A stretch of 64,000 nt of DNA from Candidatus Cloacimonadales bacterium (GCA_963662655.2 CAXXTU010000002.1:1376001-1440000); one strand, 5' to 3'; counted from the first letter of the stretch, positions 8,943 to 18,135 are shown. The notes: generated from the sequence alone by a model not told the origin. Numbers and translations are program-made.

Positions 8943-9839
8943 CTAAAACTGTTTTGCTTTCAGGTTTTGTTCTTTCAGACGCTTGATAATGCCGTCGTCT
9001 CCAACCAGATGAAACGAGCCGACAATCACGAAATAGGTGTGATCTTCTTCATTGTTGGCAAAACCTGCAATTTTCTTGAGCATCTCGTTATCTCTATCGG
9101 TGAATAGATTACCATAGTAATCCATCATTCCCGGGAGCTCTTTCGCCGCCTCTTTCATTTTGCCTTTGGAAAGCTTGTCGAGGACCTCGGCATCGCCCGT
9201 CTTCCAGGCTTCGAGCATCTCCCCGAAAAACTCATCTATCTTGTCATAGTCGTCGATAGAATAGCTCAGGTAATCCACCTGGACCGAATCGGGCAGGGAT
9301 GACAGCATCTGCATCTGAGACATTATAGTTTCCAGCTCGATGATCGGCATATTCTTCTCGTGCGCCTTCGCCAGATAGTGCATGTCAACGCCTAACTCAG
9401 CCTGGAGACCTAACTTTTGCAAGAGCCCCATTCCCAGACTCATGCTGACAAACCACGGACGGAACATATCCATCTGCGCTTGCGGGATACCGATTCCCTC
9501 CATCTTCTCCGTCAGTGACCTGTAAACCTTGGGATCGAGCATGTCATGCAACCGGTTTTCACCCTTCAATAGCGCGTTCTCGACAATGAACTGTTGCAAT
9601 TGAGCCTGATCGATCGTCGAGGCGTCTAGCTCCACAACCAGCACGTCCGAATCCTCGAACGCCTTGGGTATCGCCGGATTGAGCGGATACGCATCTTCCG
9701 GCATCAAGTGGATCGACCCCAGTAAATAAACCTTGTTCTTTCCCCCCTGGACTTCGTAAAGCATGCACTCTGCGAACATTGCCGATACAAGCAGTAACAT
9801 CACCGCCGTAACGAGCAGGAACCTCATTCTTCTGTTCAT
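8943..9839 (-). CDS. TraB/GumN family protein
   Basis: Signal peptide; YLLGSIH, VVELD, RPW, GVD, LET...Q, R...M, VGSFHLVG. Confidence 0.9.
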   Translation of the reverse strand: MNRRMRFLLVTAVMLLLVSAMFAECMLYEVQGGKNKVYLLGSIHLMPEDAYPLNPAIPKAFEDSDVLVVELDASTIDQAQLQQFIVENALLKGENRLHDMLDPKVYRSLTEKMEGIGIPQAQMDMFRPWFVSMSLGMGLLQKLGLQAELGVDMHYLAKAHEKNMPIIELETIMSQMQMLSSLPDSVQVDYLSYSIDDYDKIDEFFGEMLEAWKTGDAEVLDKLSKGKMKEAAKELPGMMDYYGNLFTDRDNEMLKKIAGFANNEEDHTYFVIVGSFHLVGDDGIIKRLKEQNLKAKQF

Positions 9840-10711
9840 CGTTTCCTCCCTAAAAGATTTTTCTTTGCCTTAATGAAAAACTCGAAATTGGAATGGTAAC
9901 TTACAATGCTGGAGCGTATTCCGTCGAGTCGCTCCTTCTCGTCGCCTGTGCCGAACACGTAAGGGTAAAGCTCCGTCAGATTCGCCTCGTTCAGCGTCCC
10001 GTTGTACAGGATCAACGAGATGAACGGGTCCTTGATCCACACGCTGTGAATCAGCTCGTGGCCGTCGCTGCTGATGAGCGCAATCAACGACTCGACCGCG
10101 TCCTTGACCAGCACCATCCAGTGCCCTTCCAGCGCTTCCAGCACGAAAGCCTTGTTCAGAGCTCGGATCTGGCGAACATTGTCGAACTGCCTCTCGCAGT
10201 AGTTCTTCAGAATGACAACCGTCTCGCTGCTTCCCTTCTTCCTGATATGCTCGTCGAGCACGGAAAGCGGGGCCGGAAAGCAGTCGATCAGCAGTTGCTC
10301 CTCAGCGCTCTCGATCATCCCGATCGCCTTCTCGTAGGCCAAGTCCAGCGACTGCAGTTCGTAGATTCCGTCGATCGACTGGTTGACATCGAGCTTGTTC
10401 ACCTCATTGACGATGCGATCCCGCTGACGCTGAAACTCCCTCTCTAACTTGTTGAGGTACTGCCCGGCAGGTACAGCTTCGAAAACGGTTTTGCTGGTCG
10501 TATTGTCGCTAATAACCGCGCCTTTCCCTTCCAGGCTCTTGAGTGCTTTGTACGTATTCGCGACAGGCTTGCCGATCTCCCCGGAAATCCGGTAGCCGGT
10601 GCTGCGCTTGTTTTGCAGCAACCAGACATAGATCGTCGCTTCGAGCTCGCTAAGCCCCATCTCCCGTAGAAGACCCGTCAAACGCTTATTTCCAGCCATT
10701 GCATATTCCAT
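9836..10711 (-). CDS. TrmB-family transcriptional regulator
   Basis: LREMGLSELEA.IY..LL...TGY.IS..IGKP..NTYKALKSLE.KG winged-HTH, followed by an effector domain. Confidence 0.88.
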   Translation of the reverse strand: MEYAMAGNKRLTGLLREMGLSELEATIYVWLLQNKRSTGYRISGEIGKPVANTYKALKSLEGKGAVISDNTTSKTVFEAVPAGQYLNKLEREFQRQRDRIVNEVNKLDVNQSIDGIYELQSLDLAYEKAIGMIESAEEQLLIDCFPAPLSVLDEHIRKKGSSETVVILKNYCERQFDNVRQIRALNKAFVLEALEGHWMVLVKDAVESLIALISSDGHELIHSVWIKDPFISLILYNGTLNEANLTELYPYVFGTGDEKERLDGIRSSIVSYHSNFEFFIKAKKNLLGRKR

Positions 10712-10758
10712 TAGTAGTGATTCACTACTAATAATAGGATGGCCGAATTACTTGTCAA
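10710..10758 (-). promoter_or_regulatory. Promoter and perfect palindromic operator of the TrmB-like gene
   Basis: TTGACA-N16-TATTAT; ATTAGTAGTGA-T-TCACTACTAAT at 10710-10732. Confidence 0.75.
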
Positions 10759-10799
10759 TCATTTTCTGCGAGAGGCTCGATGAAATGCGCTAAGAAAGT

Positions 10800-10889
10800 T
10801 TATTCCTGCCAGCGTCCCAGTTGGCGATCGTAGTAGCGGGTGCCGTAGTGGTACCAGTTGAGGTAGAAGTCGCCCTCCAGTTCCTTGCC
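10800..10889 (-). pseudogene. Orphan RHS-core fragment
   Basis: Encodes GKELEGDFYLNWYHYGTRYYDRQLGRWQE*, 24/29 identical to the core at 12448-12534. Confidence 0.9.
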
Positions 10890-10939
10890 ACAATCTAGCA
10901 GTTTTCGAGCTTCGCAAATCATGATAGAAGCAACTTGAC

Positions 10940-11896
10940 CTATTCTACTTTTTCGAGGATTATAATCGAATTAAATAAACTCCTAAGAATAACTATATCT
11001 TCTGATGTAAAGCGCCCAATAGGAGATGCTCCGTTTCTTACATTGGTTAGCTCCTCAAACTCGATCTTACACTCACTAACAGCTTGTTCGTTTATTGAAA
11101 AAAAGTGCTCTATTCCTTCTCGTGGAACATTATAAAAATCCATAAAAGTCGGATCATTGATTATTCTTAAAGAGTTAACTGCTTTCATCATGGCAAGTTT
11201 TGCTGCTTGATTCTTTCCAGACTGATAGTGACATAGAGAAAGGGCAAGAAAGTATGACACAGAGTATTCAAATTGATCCAAAGTTTTGATACTACTGATT
11301 GATGATTCTAAATAGATGGCAGCTTGTTCATATTCTCCAAGACTATAATATGCCCATCCTCTCATGTATTGCAGAAAAGGAAATACGCCATCATCTTGAG
11401 AGCAATTCATTCGTTCGATTCTCAAAATAATCTCATGATATTTCTCATCAACATTCAACACTTTTAAGAGTAATATTTGATCCGAAATATTTCTTGATAC
11501 TTTTTCATTGAACAGCTTAGAATAGCTCTCTTTCTCAGCATTTTTACCTAAATATGCAGTCACGCCAATTAGTTTTGCGAGTACTGCCGTTGTATTAGAA
11601 ATGTAAGGAATACCATCTTTAAGAACATCGTATGATTTTTGCAAAATATCTTGGAAATTATACACATTGGCAAGCCACATGTATGGTGTGTCTTTCTGTG
11701 GAAATAAGCTTATCATCTCGCTTAATGTATTTTTCAACTTTACTGTGTCCCCATCTAGTTCATAGCTTATTGCTCTCGATAAATATTCATGGTACCCATC
11801 TTCTTGAGATGCCTCTAGGTTTAATACGCAAGCACTTACTACAATAGCAAAAATTAATACATTCTTGTATATCTTATCCATATCAAGCTCCATCAC
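10940..11896 (-). CDS. Exported TPR-like protein, putative immunity protein
   Basis: Low GC; signal peptide; TPR-like helices (YMRGWAYYSLGEYEQAAIYLE); directly after the RHS tip; the start may be at 11881. Confidence 0.65.
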   Translation of the reverse strand: MMELDMDKIYKNVLIFAIVVSACVLNLEASQEDGYHEYLSRAISYELDGDTVKLKNTLSEMISLFPQKDTPYMWLANVYNFQDILQKSYDVLKDGIPYISNTTAVLAKLIGVTAYLGKNAEKESYSKLFNEKVSRNISDQILLLKVLNVDEKYHEIILRIERMNCSQDDGVFPFLQYMRGWAYYSLGEYEQAAIYLESSISSIKTLDQFEYSVSYFLALSLCHYQSGKNQAAKLAMMKAVNSLRIINDPTFMDFYNVPREGIEHFFSINEQAVSECKIEFEELTNVRNGASPIGRFTSEDIVILRSLFNSIIILEKVE

Positions 11897-12666
11897 TATT
11901 CAATATCTTCTGTATTGACATCATTCACAAATTCATCGTCTACTTGTCCCCGAATTATCGATAATAAATCACCTTGTAATCGTTGAATAAATAATGATAA
12001 CAGATCAGGTAGGCCAGATCTAGGATCCCAATCTGCAGCCGGACTGACAATATCGTAAGCTCCAAGCTCTAATGTTGCTCGAGTTCTATTAATATACTGT
12101 GCGTTACCAAGATTTCGTTTCGCTTCATATGCGTTAATCCCTATTGAATGCTCTATAGCTCGATCAGCTAAGATTTTTGCATCAACGGACATATTTAACA
12201 AAATCCCCGTCACCTTAGATTTGCTTGATATTCCAGAAACTTTAAACGAATTCATTTCGTATTTTAAATTGGCCCTCATGTCTACTGATTCTTCTGAAAG
12301 AAAGGTTTCGTAATAGCTTAATACATTATCAATTGCCTTGAAATATCCCGTTGTAGTATATGTCTCATTTCCATCGGGATCAATCTTGTTCACCGGGTTA
12401 TTCCCTACACATACATACGGACTATGGAACTCATCGGCGGGGTCCACCTGCTGCCATCTGCCAAGCTGCGGATCGTAGTAGCGCGCGCCGTAGTGGTACC
12501 AGTTGAGGTTGAAGTCGTCCTCCAGCTCCTTGCCGCTGTAAGTGTACTTGGTCTCCGGGCTGCCGGTAACATGGCTTAGGCCAGCCATCTTCATCCCGAA
12601 CGGATAGTAGTGGTCTTCCTGCATGATGGTCAATCCACTACCGGCTCTGTCCTTCTTGAAGCTCAT
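11896..12666 (-). CDS. RHS repeat-associated core protein with variable C-terminal tip (N-terminally truncated)
   Basis: HYYPFG, YTYSGKELE, WYHYGARYYDPQLGRW, SPY..VGNNPVNKIDPDG; GC drops after DPDG (12370). Confidence 0.92.
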   Translation of the reverse strand: MSFKKDRAGSGLTIMQEDHYYPFGMKMAGLSHVTGSPETKYTYSGKELEDDFNLNWYHYGARYYDPQLGRWQQVDPADEFHSPYVCVGNNPVNKIDPDGNETYTTTGYFKAIDNVLSYYETFLSEESVDMRANLKYEMNSFKVSGISSKSKVTGILLNMSVDAKILADRAIEHSIGINAYEAKRNLGNAQYINRTRATLELGAYDIVSPAADWDPRSGLPDLLSLFIQRLQGDLLSIIRGQVDDEFVNDVNTEDIE

Positions 12667-12695
12667 ACGCGTGTTCCCCAGTCTCGTTTCACTTT

Positions 12696-12754
12696 CATCA
12701 AATGACCATAACAGGTTTATCCTCTTTATTCTGCTTATTGATGGTCATTTGATG
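12696..12754. mobile_element. 59-bp mini-element with 14-bp terminal inverted repeats (MITE or IS remnant)
   Basis: CATCAAATGACCAT...ATGGTCATTTGATG, located inside the RHS reading frame. Confidence 0.6.
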
Positions 12755-12756
12755 CC

Positions 12757-12846
12757 TTTGGTGTCGTAGATGAATTCATATTCACCTCTGTTCTCATTAT
12801 AACTGAGGCGCTCCTCCGGTGTAAAGATAAATTTAATTTTATCGTG
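12757..12846 (-). pseudogene. Upstream RHS-core remnant
   Basis: Encodes KIKFIFTPEERLSYNENRGEYEFIYDTK in frame with the downstream LGNTRMSF, matching the RHS motif that precedes DHLGN.R. Confidence 0.7.
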
Positions 12847-13094
12847 ATTGCGTACAGCATTTGCCTATTCATGGTAATGGTAGCAGGGGGGAATTTTCAT
12901 TCAGCCATTCTCACTCCTCACATCACACTGCATCGCAAGCCCATAAGGGTGCCAGGAACACCCTTTCTTCACATATTATAAACAACTAAAACACATACAA
13001 ATAATGTAAAAAAACGTCCTCGGAGGGATTTTCCTTGACGCAAAAACCGCAAAAAGAAATTTGAGGGAAATAATATACGCAAAGGAGAACTGGA

Positions 13095-14408
13095 ATGAGC
13101 AAGAAAGTCTTAATCATGGGCGCTGCCGGTAGAGATTTCCATAATTTCAACGTTTACTATCGTGATAACAAGGACTATGAAGTCGTAGCATTTACCGCTA
13201 CTCAGATTCCTGATATCGACGGAAGAAAATACCCGGCCGAACTGGCTGGAGGACTGTACCCTGAAGGTATCCCAATCTACGCTGAAAGCGATCTCGTGAA
13301 GCTTATCAAAGAAAACAATATCGATCAGGTTGTATTCTCATACAGCGACGTCCCGCACGAAGTCGTGATGCACAAGGCATCTCTGGTCAACGCTGTTGGC
13401 GCAGAATTCATCCTTCTCGGCGCACGCCAGACCCAGGTTAAAACAGAGAAACCTCTGGTAACCATCTGTGCGACCCGTACAGGTTGCGGCAAGAGCCAGA
13501 CTACCCGCGCGGTTGTCAAAGCCCTCAAGGCCAAAGGCAAAAAAGTTGTCTCGATCCGCCACCCCATGCCTTACGGTGACCTCGTGGCTCAGAAAGTACA
13601 GCGCTTCGCTGAACTCGAAGACCTCAAGAAACACAAATGCACCATCGAAGAAATGGAAGAGTACGAGCCGCATATCGCCATGGGCAGCGTGATTTACGCT
13701 GGCGTCGATTACGAAGCGATCCTCCGCGAAGCGGAAAAAGAAGCCGACGTCATCATCTGGGACGGCGGAAACAACGACATTTCGTTCTACTGCTCCGACA
13801 AGATGGTCAACATCGTCGTCGTCGATCCTCATCGCCCCGGCCATGAAGTAAGCTACCACCCAGGCGAAACCAACCTCAACCTCGCCGACGTAGTTGTGAT
13901 CAACAAGATCGATTCCGCCGACATGGACGACATCCTCGAAGTCCGTGACAACATCCGCGAAATCAATCCGGACGCAATCGTCATCGACGGCGCATCTCCG
14001 CTTACCGTTGACAAGCCCGAACTGATCAAGGGCAAAAACGTCCTCGTCGTTGAAGACGGTCCTACCCTCACCCACGGTGAGATGACCTACGGCGCTGGCG
14101 TTGTCGCAGCAGAGAAATACGGCTGCGCAGACCTCGTTGATCCTCGCGAATGGGCCGTTGGCACCATCGACGAAACCTTCGTCAAGTACCCGGAAATCGG
14201 AATCCTTCTTCCGGCAATGGGCTATGGCGAACAACAGGTCAAGGACCTCGAAGAAACCATCAACGCTGTCGAATGCGACGCTGTCGTCATCGCTACCCCG
14301 ATCGACCTCAACCGCGTTTGCAAGATCGACAAACCGACCGTCCGCGTTAGCTACGATCTCCAGGAGATTGGCAAGCCGACCATCGCTGACGTCCTCAAAG
14401 ATTTCTAA
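13095..14408 (+). CDS. Arginine synthetase ArcE-like P-loop protein (usually annotated GTPase / cDPG-synthetase family)
   Basis: GAAGRDFHNFN, AFTATQIP.I.GR.YP, RTGCGKSQT, RHPMPYGDL, CTIEE.EEYEPH, WDGGNND, VEDGPTLTHG, PAMGY; strongly biased codon usage. Confidence 0.8.
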   Translation: MSKKVLIMGAAGRDFHNFNVYYRDNKDYEVVAFTATQIPDIDGRKYPAELAGGLYPEGIPIYAESDLVKLIKENNIDQVVFSYSDVPHEVVMHKASLVNAVGAEFILLGARQTQVKTEKPLVTICATRTGCGKSQTTRAVVKALKAKGKKVVSIRHPMPYGDLVAQKVQRFAELEDLKKHKCTIEEMEEYEPHIAMGSVIYAGVDYEAILREAEKEADVIIWDGGNNDISFYCSDKMVNIVVVDPHRPGHEVSYHPGETNLNLADVVVINKIDSADMDDILEVRDNIREINPDAIVIDGASPLTVDKPELIKGKNVLVVEDGPTLTHGEMTYGAGVVAAEKYGCADLVDPREWAVGTIDETFVKYPEIGILLPAMGYGEQQVKDLEETINAVECDAVVIATPIDLNRVCKIDKPTVRVSYDLQEIGKPTIADVLKDF

Positions 14409-14427
14409 TTATTCCGAAATCATAGAG

Positions 14428-14458
14428 AAGACCCGGTCAAACGATCGGGTCTTTTTTT
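14428..14458 (+). terminator. Intrinsic terminator
   Basis: AAGACCCG/CGGGTCTT stem followed by a T-tract. Confidence 0.8.
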
Positions 14459-14678
14459 GTATCTGAAAATGCTTCATCACTTTGCGTAATGAAAATCCCG
14501 GCAGCATTTCCTTTCATTATTCGCGTAATTTCCCTCGTGAAAAAGAATTGACAAAAACCGGTTAAAAAACAGGTTCGTTTCCTGTATTCGTTTCGTTTTG
14601 CGATTCCGCGAAGCGAATCGTGAATGCGCGATGAGAAACGAACGTAATATATGCAGAAGGAATTGGTTAGATATTTAG

Positions 14679-14984
14679 ATGAAGCAAAACCTGTTCTCAG
14701 CCGACCAGGATAAACGGACAAGTAGCGGTGTCATGAAAGATACAGCATCCGAAAGCAGCAGCGACATAGACTCTCTGCTCGAACGTGTCTCGCTCCTCCA
14801 GGAAGTGGAGATCGCCGAAATGAACGAGACGGACGTGTACAGCTGGAGTCAGGACGGCGAGAAGAATTCCTTTGCGGACATCGCGAATCAGGAGATTATT
14901 TTCAACTGTCCCGAACCGAAGAAGGGATTTTACGCCGTACCTCCCGGCGCAGGAAAAAACAAAACCAGGATGGAAAACGAATGA
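14679..14984 (+). CDS. Hypothetical protein with GatC-like C-terminal half
   Basis: DIDSLLERVSLLQEVE...IIFNCPE.KKGFYAVP resembles GatC; overlaps the next start; start uncertain. Confidence 0.5.
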   Translation: MKQNLFSADQDKRTSSGVMKDTASESSSDIDSLLERVSLLQEVEIAEMNETDVYSWSQDGEKNSFADIANQEIIFNCPEPKKGFYAVPPGAGKNKTRMENE

Positions 14985-15940
14985 AGATATTAATAACTGG
15001 TGGCGCTGGATTCATCGGCTCACACCTCAGCGAAAAGCTACTCGATAGCGGTCACACGGTTGCGATTATCGACAACCTGTCAACCGGAAGCCTTGCCAAC
15101 ATCTCACACCTTATCTCGAACGAAAAATTTTCCTTCACGATCGACACGATCCTCAACCAGACAACCATGGAGAGACTCGTGAAAGATTGCGACCAGATTT
15201 ATCACTTAGCAGCAGCGGTCGGCGTGAAATACATCATCGACAACCCGTTGTTATCCCTGCGAACCAACATCACCGGAACCGAGATTGTTCTCGAGATGGC
15301 AAACAAATACAAGAAAAAAGTCCTTATCACATCGACTTCGGAGATATACGGCAAGAGCGAAAACGTGCCGTTCAAGGAAGAGGACGATCGTCTGCTGGGC
15401 TCGACGCACATCTCCCGATGGAGCTACAGCTCGGCCAAGGCAATCGACGAATTCCTCTCGCTGGCATACTACCGCGAGAAGAAACTTCCCGTTGTCATCG
15501 TTCGCTGCTTCAACACCGTGGGACCCCGCCAGACCGGACAGTACGGAATGGTCATCCCGAAGTTCGTGAAAAACGCGCTTCTCGATCACCCGATCACCAT
15601 CTTCGGCGACGGCGAACAGTCCCGTTGCTTCGCGGACGTTCAGGACGTGACGGACGGACTGATCAAGCTGATGGCGGAGAAGAAAGCGGAAGGCGAAATC
15701 TTCAACATCGGCAACACGGAAGAAGTAAAGATCAAGGACCTCGCGCAGTTGATCAAAGACATGACGGGCAGCAACTCCCGAATCGAGTTTATCGATTACG
15801 CCGACGCTTACGAAGAAGGCTTCGAAGACATGATGCGCAGGGTTCCCGACATATCGAAAATCAAAGAGTTCGTTGGCTACGAACCTCAATACAATCTTGA
15901 TAAAATCCTCGAGAGAGTTATAGCATATTATGAGAAATAA
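14981..15940 (+). CDS. NAD-dependent nucleotide-sugar epimerase/dehydratase
   Basis: TGGAGFIGSH, HLAAAVGV, STSEIYGK, Y...K, R.FNTVGPRQ. Confidence 0.92.
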   Translation: MKILITGGAGFIGSHLSEKLLDSGHTVAIIDNLSTGSLANISHLISNEKFSFTIDTILNQTTMERLVKDCDQIYHLAAAVGVKYIIDNPLLSLRTNITGTEIVLEMANKYKKKVLITSTSEIYGKSENVPFKEEDDRLLGSTHISRWSYSSAKAIDEFLSLAYYREKKLPVVIVRCFNTVGPRQTGQYGMVIPKFVKNALLDHPITIFGDGEQSRCFADVQDVTDGLIKLMAEKKAEGEIFNIGNTEEVKIKDLAQLIKDMTGSNSRIEFIDYADAYEEGFEDMMRRVPDISKIKEFVGYEPQYNLDKILERVIAYYEK

Positions 15941-17006
15941 GCTTTTTTTCCTGGCGTTGCTGGTTCTCGCTACAGCCCTGAACGCCACATTCGACATCGA
16001 TCCGGACGAATACCGGATGAAGGTTGGCGATTCTTTTCTGGTTCACATCATGAGCTCGGACAGTATGCGTGTTTTCATTCCCGTGCTGCCTGAGGGAATC
16101 GTAAAGGTTCCACCGCTCACCGATGCGATCAAGGTCACGGGCATGACCCTCAACGAAGCGAAAGCCGCCATGGAAGAGCAGCTCAACAAAAGCGTTCGCC
16201 AGGGCTACGTATCGATCATGCTCTACTCGATCGCCCCGCCTAACTACCACGTTACTGGCGCGGTAGCCTTCCCCGGCGAGTACACGCCCGAAACCACCGT
16301 CAACCTTTACAACGCACTGAAGCTTTGCGGCGGACTCCTTCCCTACTCCAGCCGAAAGGTCGAAATCACGCGCAACGGCAAGAAGACCGTCTACGACTTG
16401 CGCAAATACCTTTCGGACGGCGATATCACGCAGAATCCGCTCATTCAGGAAGACGACATCATCCATGTCCCGTTCGCGAACGACTACGCCAAAGTGTTCG
16501 TCAGCAACGACACCACGTACTACGTCGAGTACTACGAACTGGATAAAGAGATGTCGACCAGCGAATTGCTCCAGAACCTGAGCCAGAAGAACCATTGGTC
16601 GGAACTCGATCACATTACAGCCTTCAGAAACGGCGAGATGATCAAAACCAACATGGATTTTCTGGTCGAGCCCAACGATAGCATATTCGTATCTGTCGAA
16701 GCCGCTTTTGTCTACGTCACGGGAAACGTTCCAAAGCCGGGCAAATACCCGTACGTATCGGGTGGAGCGGTTATGCAGTACGTCAGCAAGGCTGGCGGAT
16801 TGCTGAACACGGGCAGTTTGTCCAAGATAAGGGTTTACAGACCGGACGGCAGGGAACTCGATCTCGATACGGAGGCCATTCGCCCGGGAGATACGGTTCA
16901 TGTGCCGCAGAATCTCCTTAGTATGATGCAAAGTTACCTTACCACGCTCAGCATCATAGCCGGTATCGTTTCATCGGCGATCCTGATTAACGCGAACATA
17001 AAATGA
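15930..17006 (+). CDS. Polysaccharide export / SLBB-domain protein (Wza-like)
   Basis: Signal peptide; Y.M..GD; repeated V.GAV..PG.Y SLBB motifs; C-terminal amphipathic helix. Confidence 0.82.
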   Translation: MRNKLFFLALLVLATALNATFDIDPDEYRMKVGDSFLVHIMSSDSMRVFIPVLPEGIVKVPPLTDAIKVTGMTLNEAKAAMEEQLNKSVRQGYVSIMLYSIAPPNYHVTGAVAFPGEYTPETTVNLYNALKLCGGLLPYSSRKVEITRNGKKTVYDLRKYLSDGDITQNPLIQEDDIIHVPFANDYAKVFVSNDTTYYVEYYELDKEMSTSELLQNLSQKNHWSELDHITAFRNGEMIKTNMDFLVEPNDSIFVSVEAAFVYVTGNVPKPGKYPYVSGGAVMQYVSKAGGLLNTGSLSKIRVYRPDGRELDLDTEAIRPGDTVHVPQNLLSMMQSYLTTLSIIAGIVSSAILINANIK

Positions 17007-17019
17007 GGAGTTTAATAAA

Positions 17020-18126
17020 ATGAAAGTCCCTCTTCTTGATCTCCACGCTCAGTACGCACCGATTCTCGACGAAATCAAAGACAAGCTTGAAGAAATCTAC
17101 AAGATACATTATTACATCATGGGTCCTCAGATCCGCGAGCTCGAAACGCGAATGGAGGAATTCAACCAGGTGAAGCACGCCGTCGGATGCGCCTCTGGAT
17201 CCGATGCGCTCGTTTTAGCGCTGATGGCGCTTGACATCGGCCCTGGAGACGAAGTTATCACCACGCCTTTCACCTTCTTCGCGACCGCGGGTTCCGTACA
17301 CCGCGTAGGCGCGAAACCGGTCTTCGTGGATATCCTGCCGGATACATTCAATATCGATCCCGCACGCATCGAAGCGGCGATCACGCCGAACACCAAGGCG
17401 ATCATGCCGGTTCACCTCTTCGGTCAGTGCTGCGAGATGGATCGCATCATGGAAATCGCGAAGAAACATAACCTGTACGTGATTGAAGACAACGCACAGG
17501 GCATCGGCGCAAAATACAAGGGCCAGATCGCCGGCACGATCGGCGACATCGGAACGCTCTCCTTCTTCCCGAGCAAGAACCTCGGTGCGATGGGCGACGC
17601 CGGAATGTGCCTCACCCAGAACGACGAACTCGGCGCAAAGCTTCGCCAGATGCGCGTTCATGGAGAGAATCCCAGATATTATCACAAGTGGGTCGGACTC
17701 AACAGCCGCATGGACACCATGCAGGCGGCGGTCCTTACCGTGAAGCTGAAATCTCTGGACAAATGGTCGCAGCAACGCCGCGACAACGCCGCCTATTACG
17801 ATGAGAAGCTCAAGGCGGTTCCTCAGGTGAAGACGCCGGTCATCCGCAAGGACGCCGAGACAATTTACAATCAGTACACACTCGTTGCCGAAAATCGCGA
17901 CGCCCTCCTGAAGCGCCTCCAAGAGTACAACATCGGTTGCGCGATCTATTATCCGCTGCCGCTGCACCTTCAGGAATGTTTCGAATACCTGGGCTACAAG
18001 AAAGGCGACTTCCCCATCTCGGAAGAAATAGCGGAAAAAGTTATCTCGATCCCGATTTTCTCGGAGCTGACCCGCGAAGCGCAAGACTACGTGGTTAAGA
18101 CCATCGAGGAATTTTATAACGTTTAA
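17020..18126 (+). CDS. DegT/DnrJ/EryC1/StrS sugar aminotransferase
   Basis: SGSDAL, MPVHLFGQ, IEDNAQ, SFFPSKNLGAMGDAG, GLNSRMD. Confidence 0.95.
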   Translation: MKVPLLDLHAQYAPILDEIKDKLEEIYKIHYYIMGPQIRELETRMEEFNQVKHAVGCASGSDALVLALMALDIGPGDEVITTPFTFFATAGSVHRVGAKPVFVDILPDTFNIDPARIEAAITPNTKAIMPVHLFGQCCEMDRIMEIAKKHNLYVIEDNAQGIGAKYKGQIAGTIGDIGTLSFFPSKNLGAMGDAGMCLTQNDELGAKLRQMRVHGENPRYYHKWVGLNSRMDTMQAAVLTVKLKSLDKWSQQRRDNAAYYDEKLKAVPQVKTPVIRKDAETIYNQYTLVAENRDALLKRLQEYNIGCAIYYPLPLHLQECFEYLGYKKGDFPISEEIAEKVISIPIFSELTREAQDYVVKTIEEFYNV

Positions 18127-18135
18127 GAGGTATTT

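Noticed and set aside
12745..12747. In-frame TGA in the RHS frame as selenocysteine or readthrough
   Set aside because: It lies inside the inverted-repeat insertion, the context is non-homologous, and another stop occurs about 40 codons upstream
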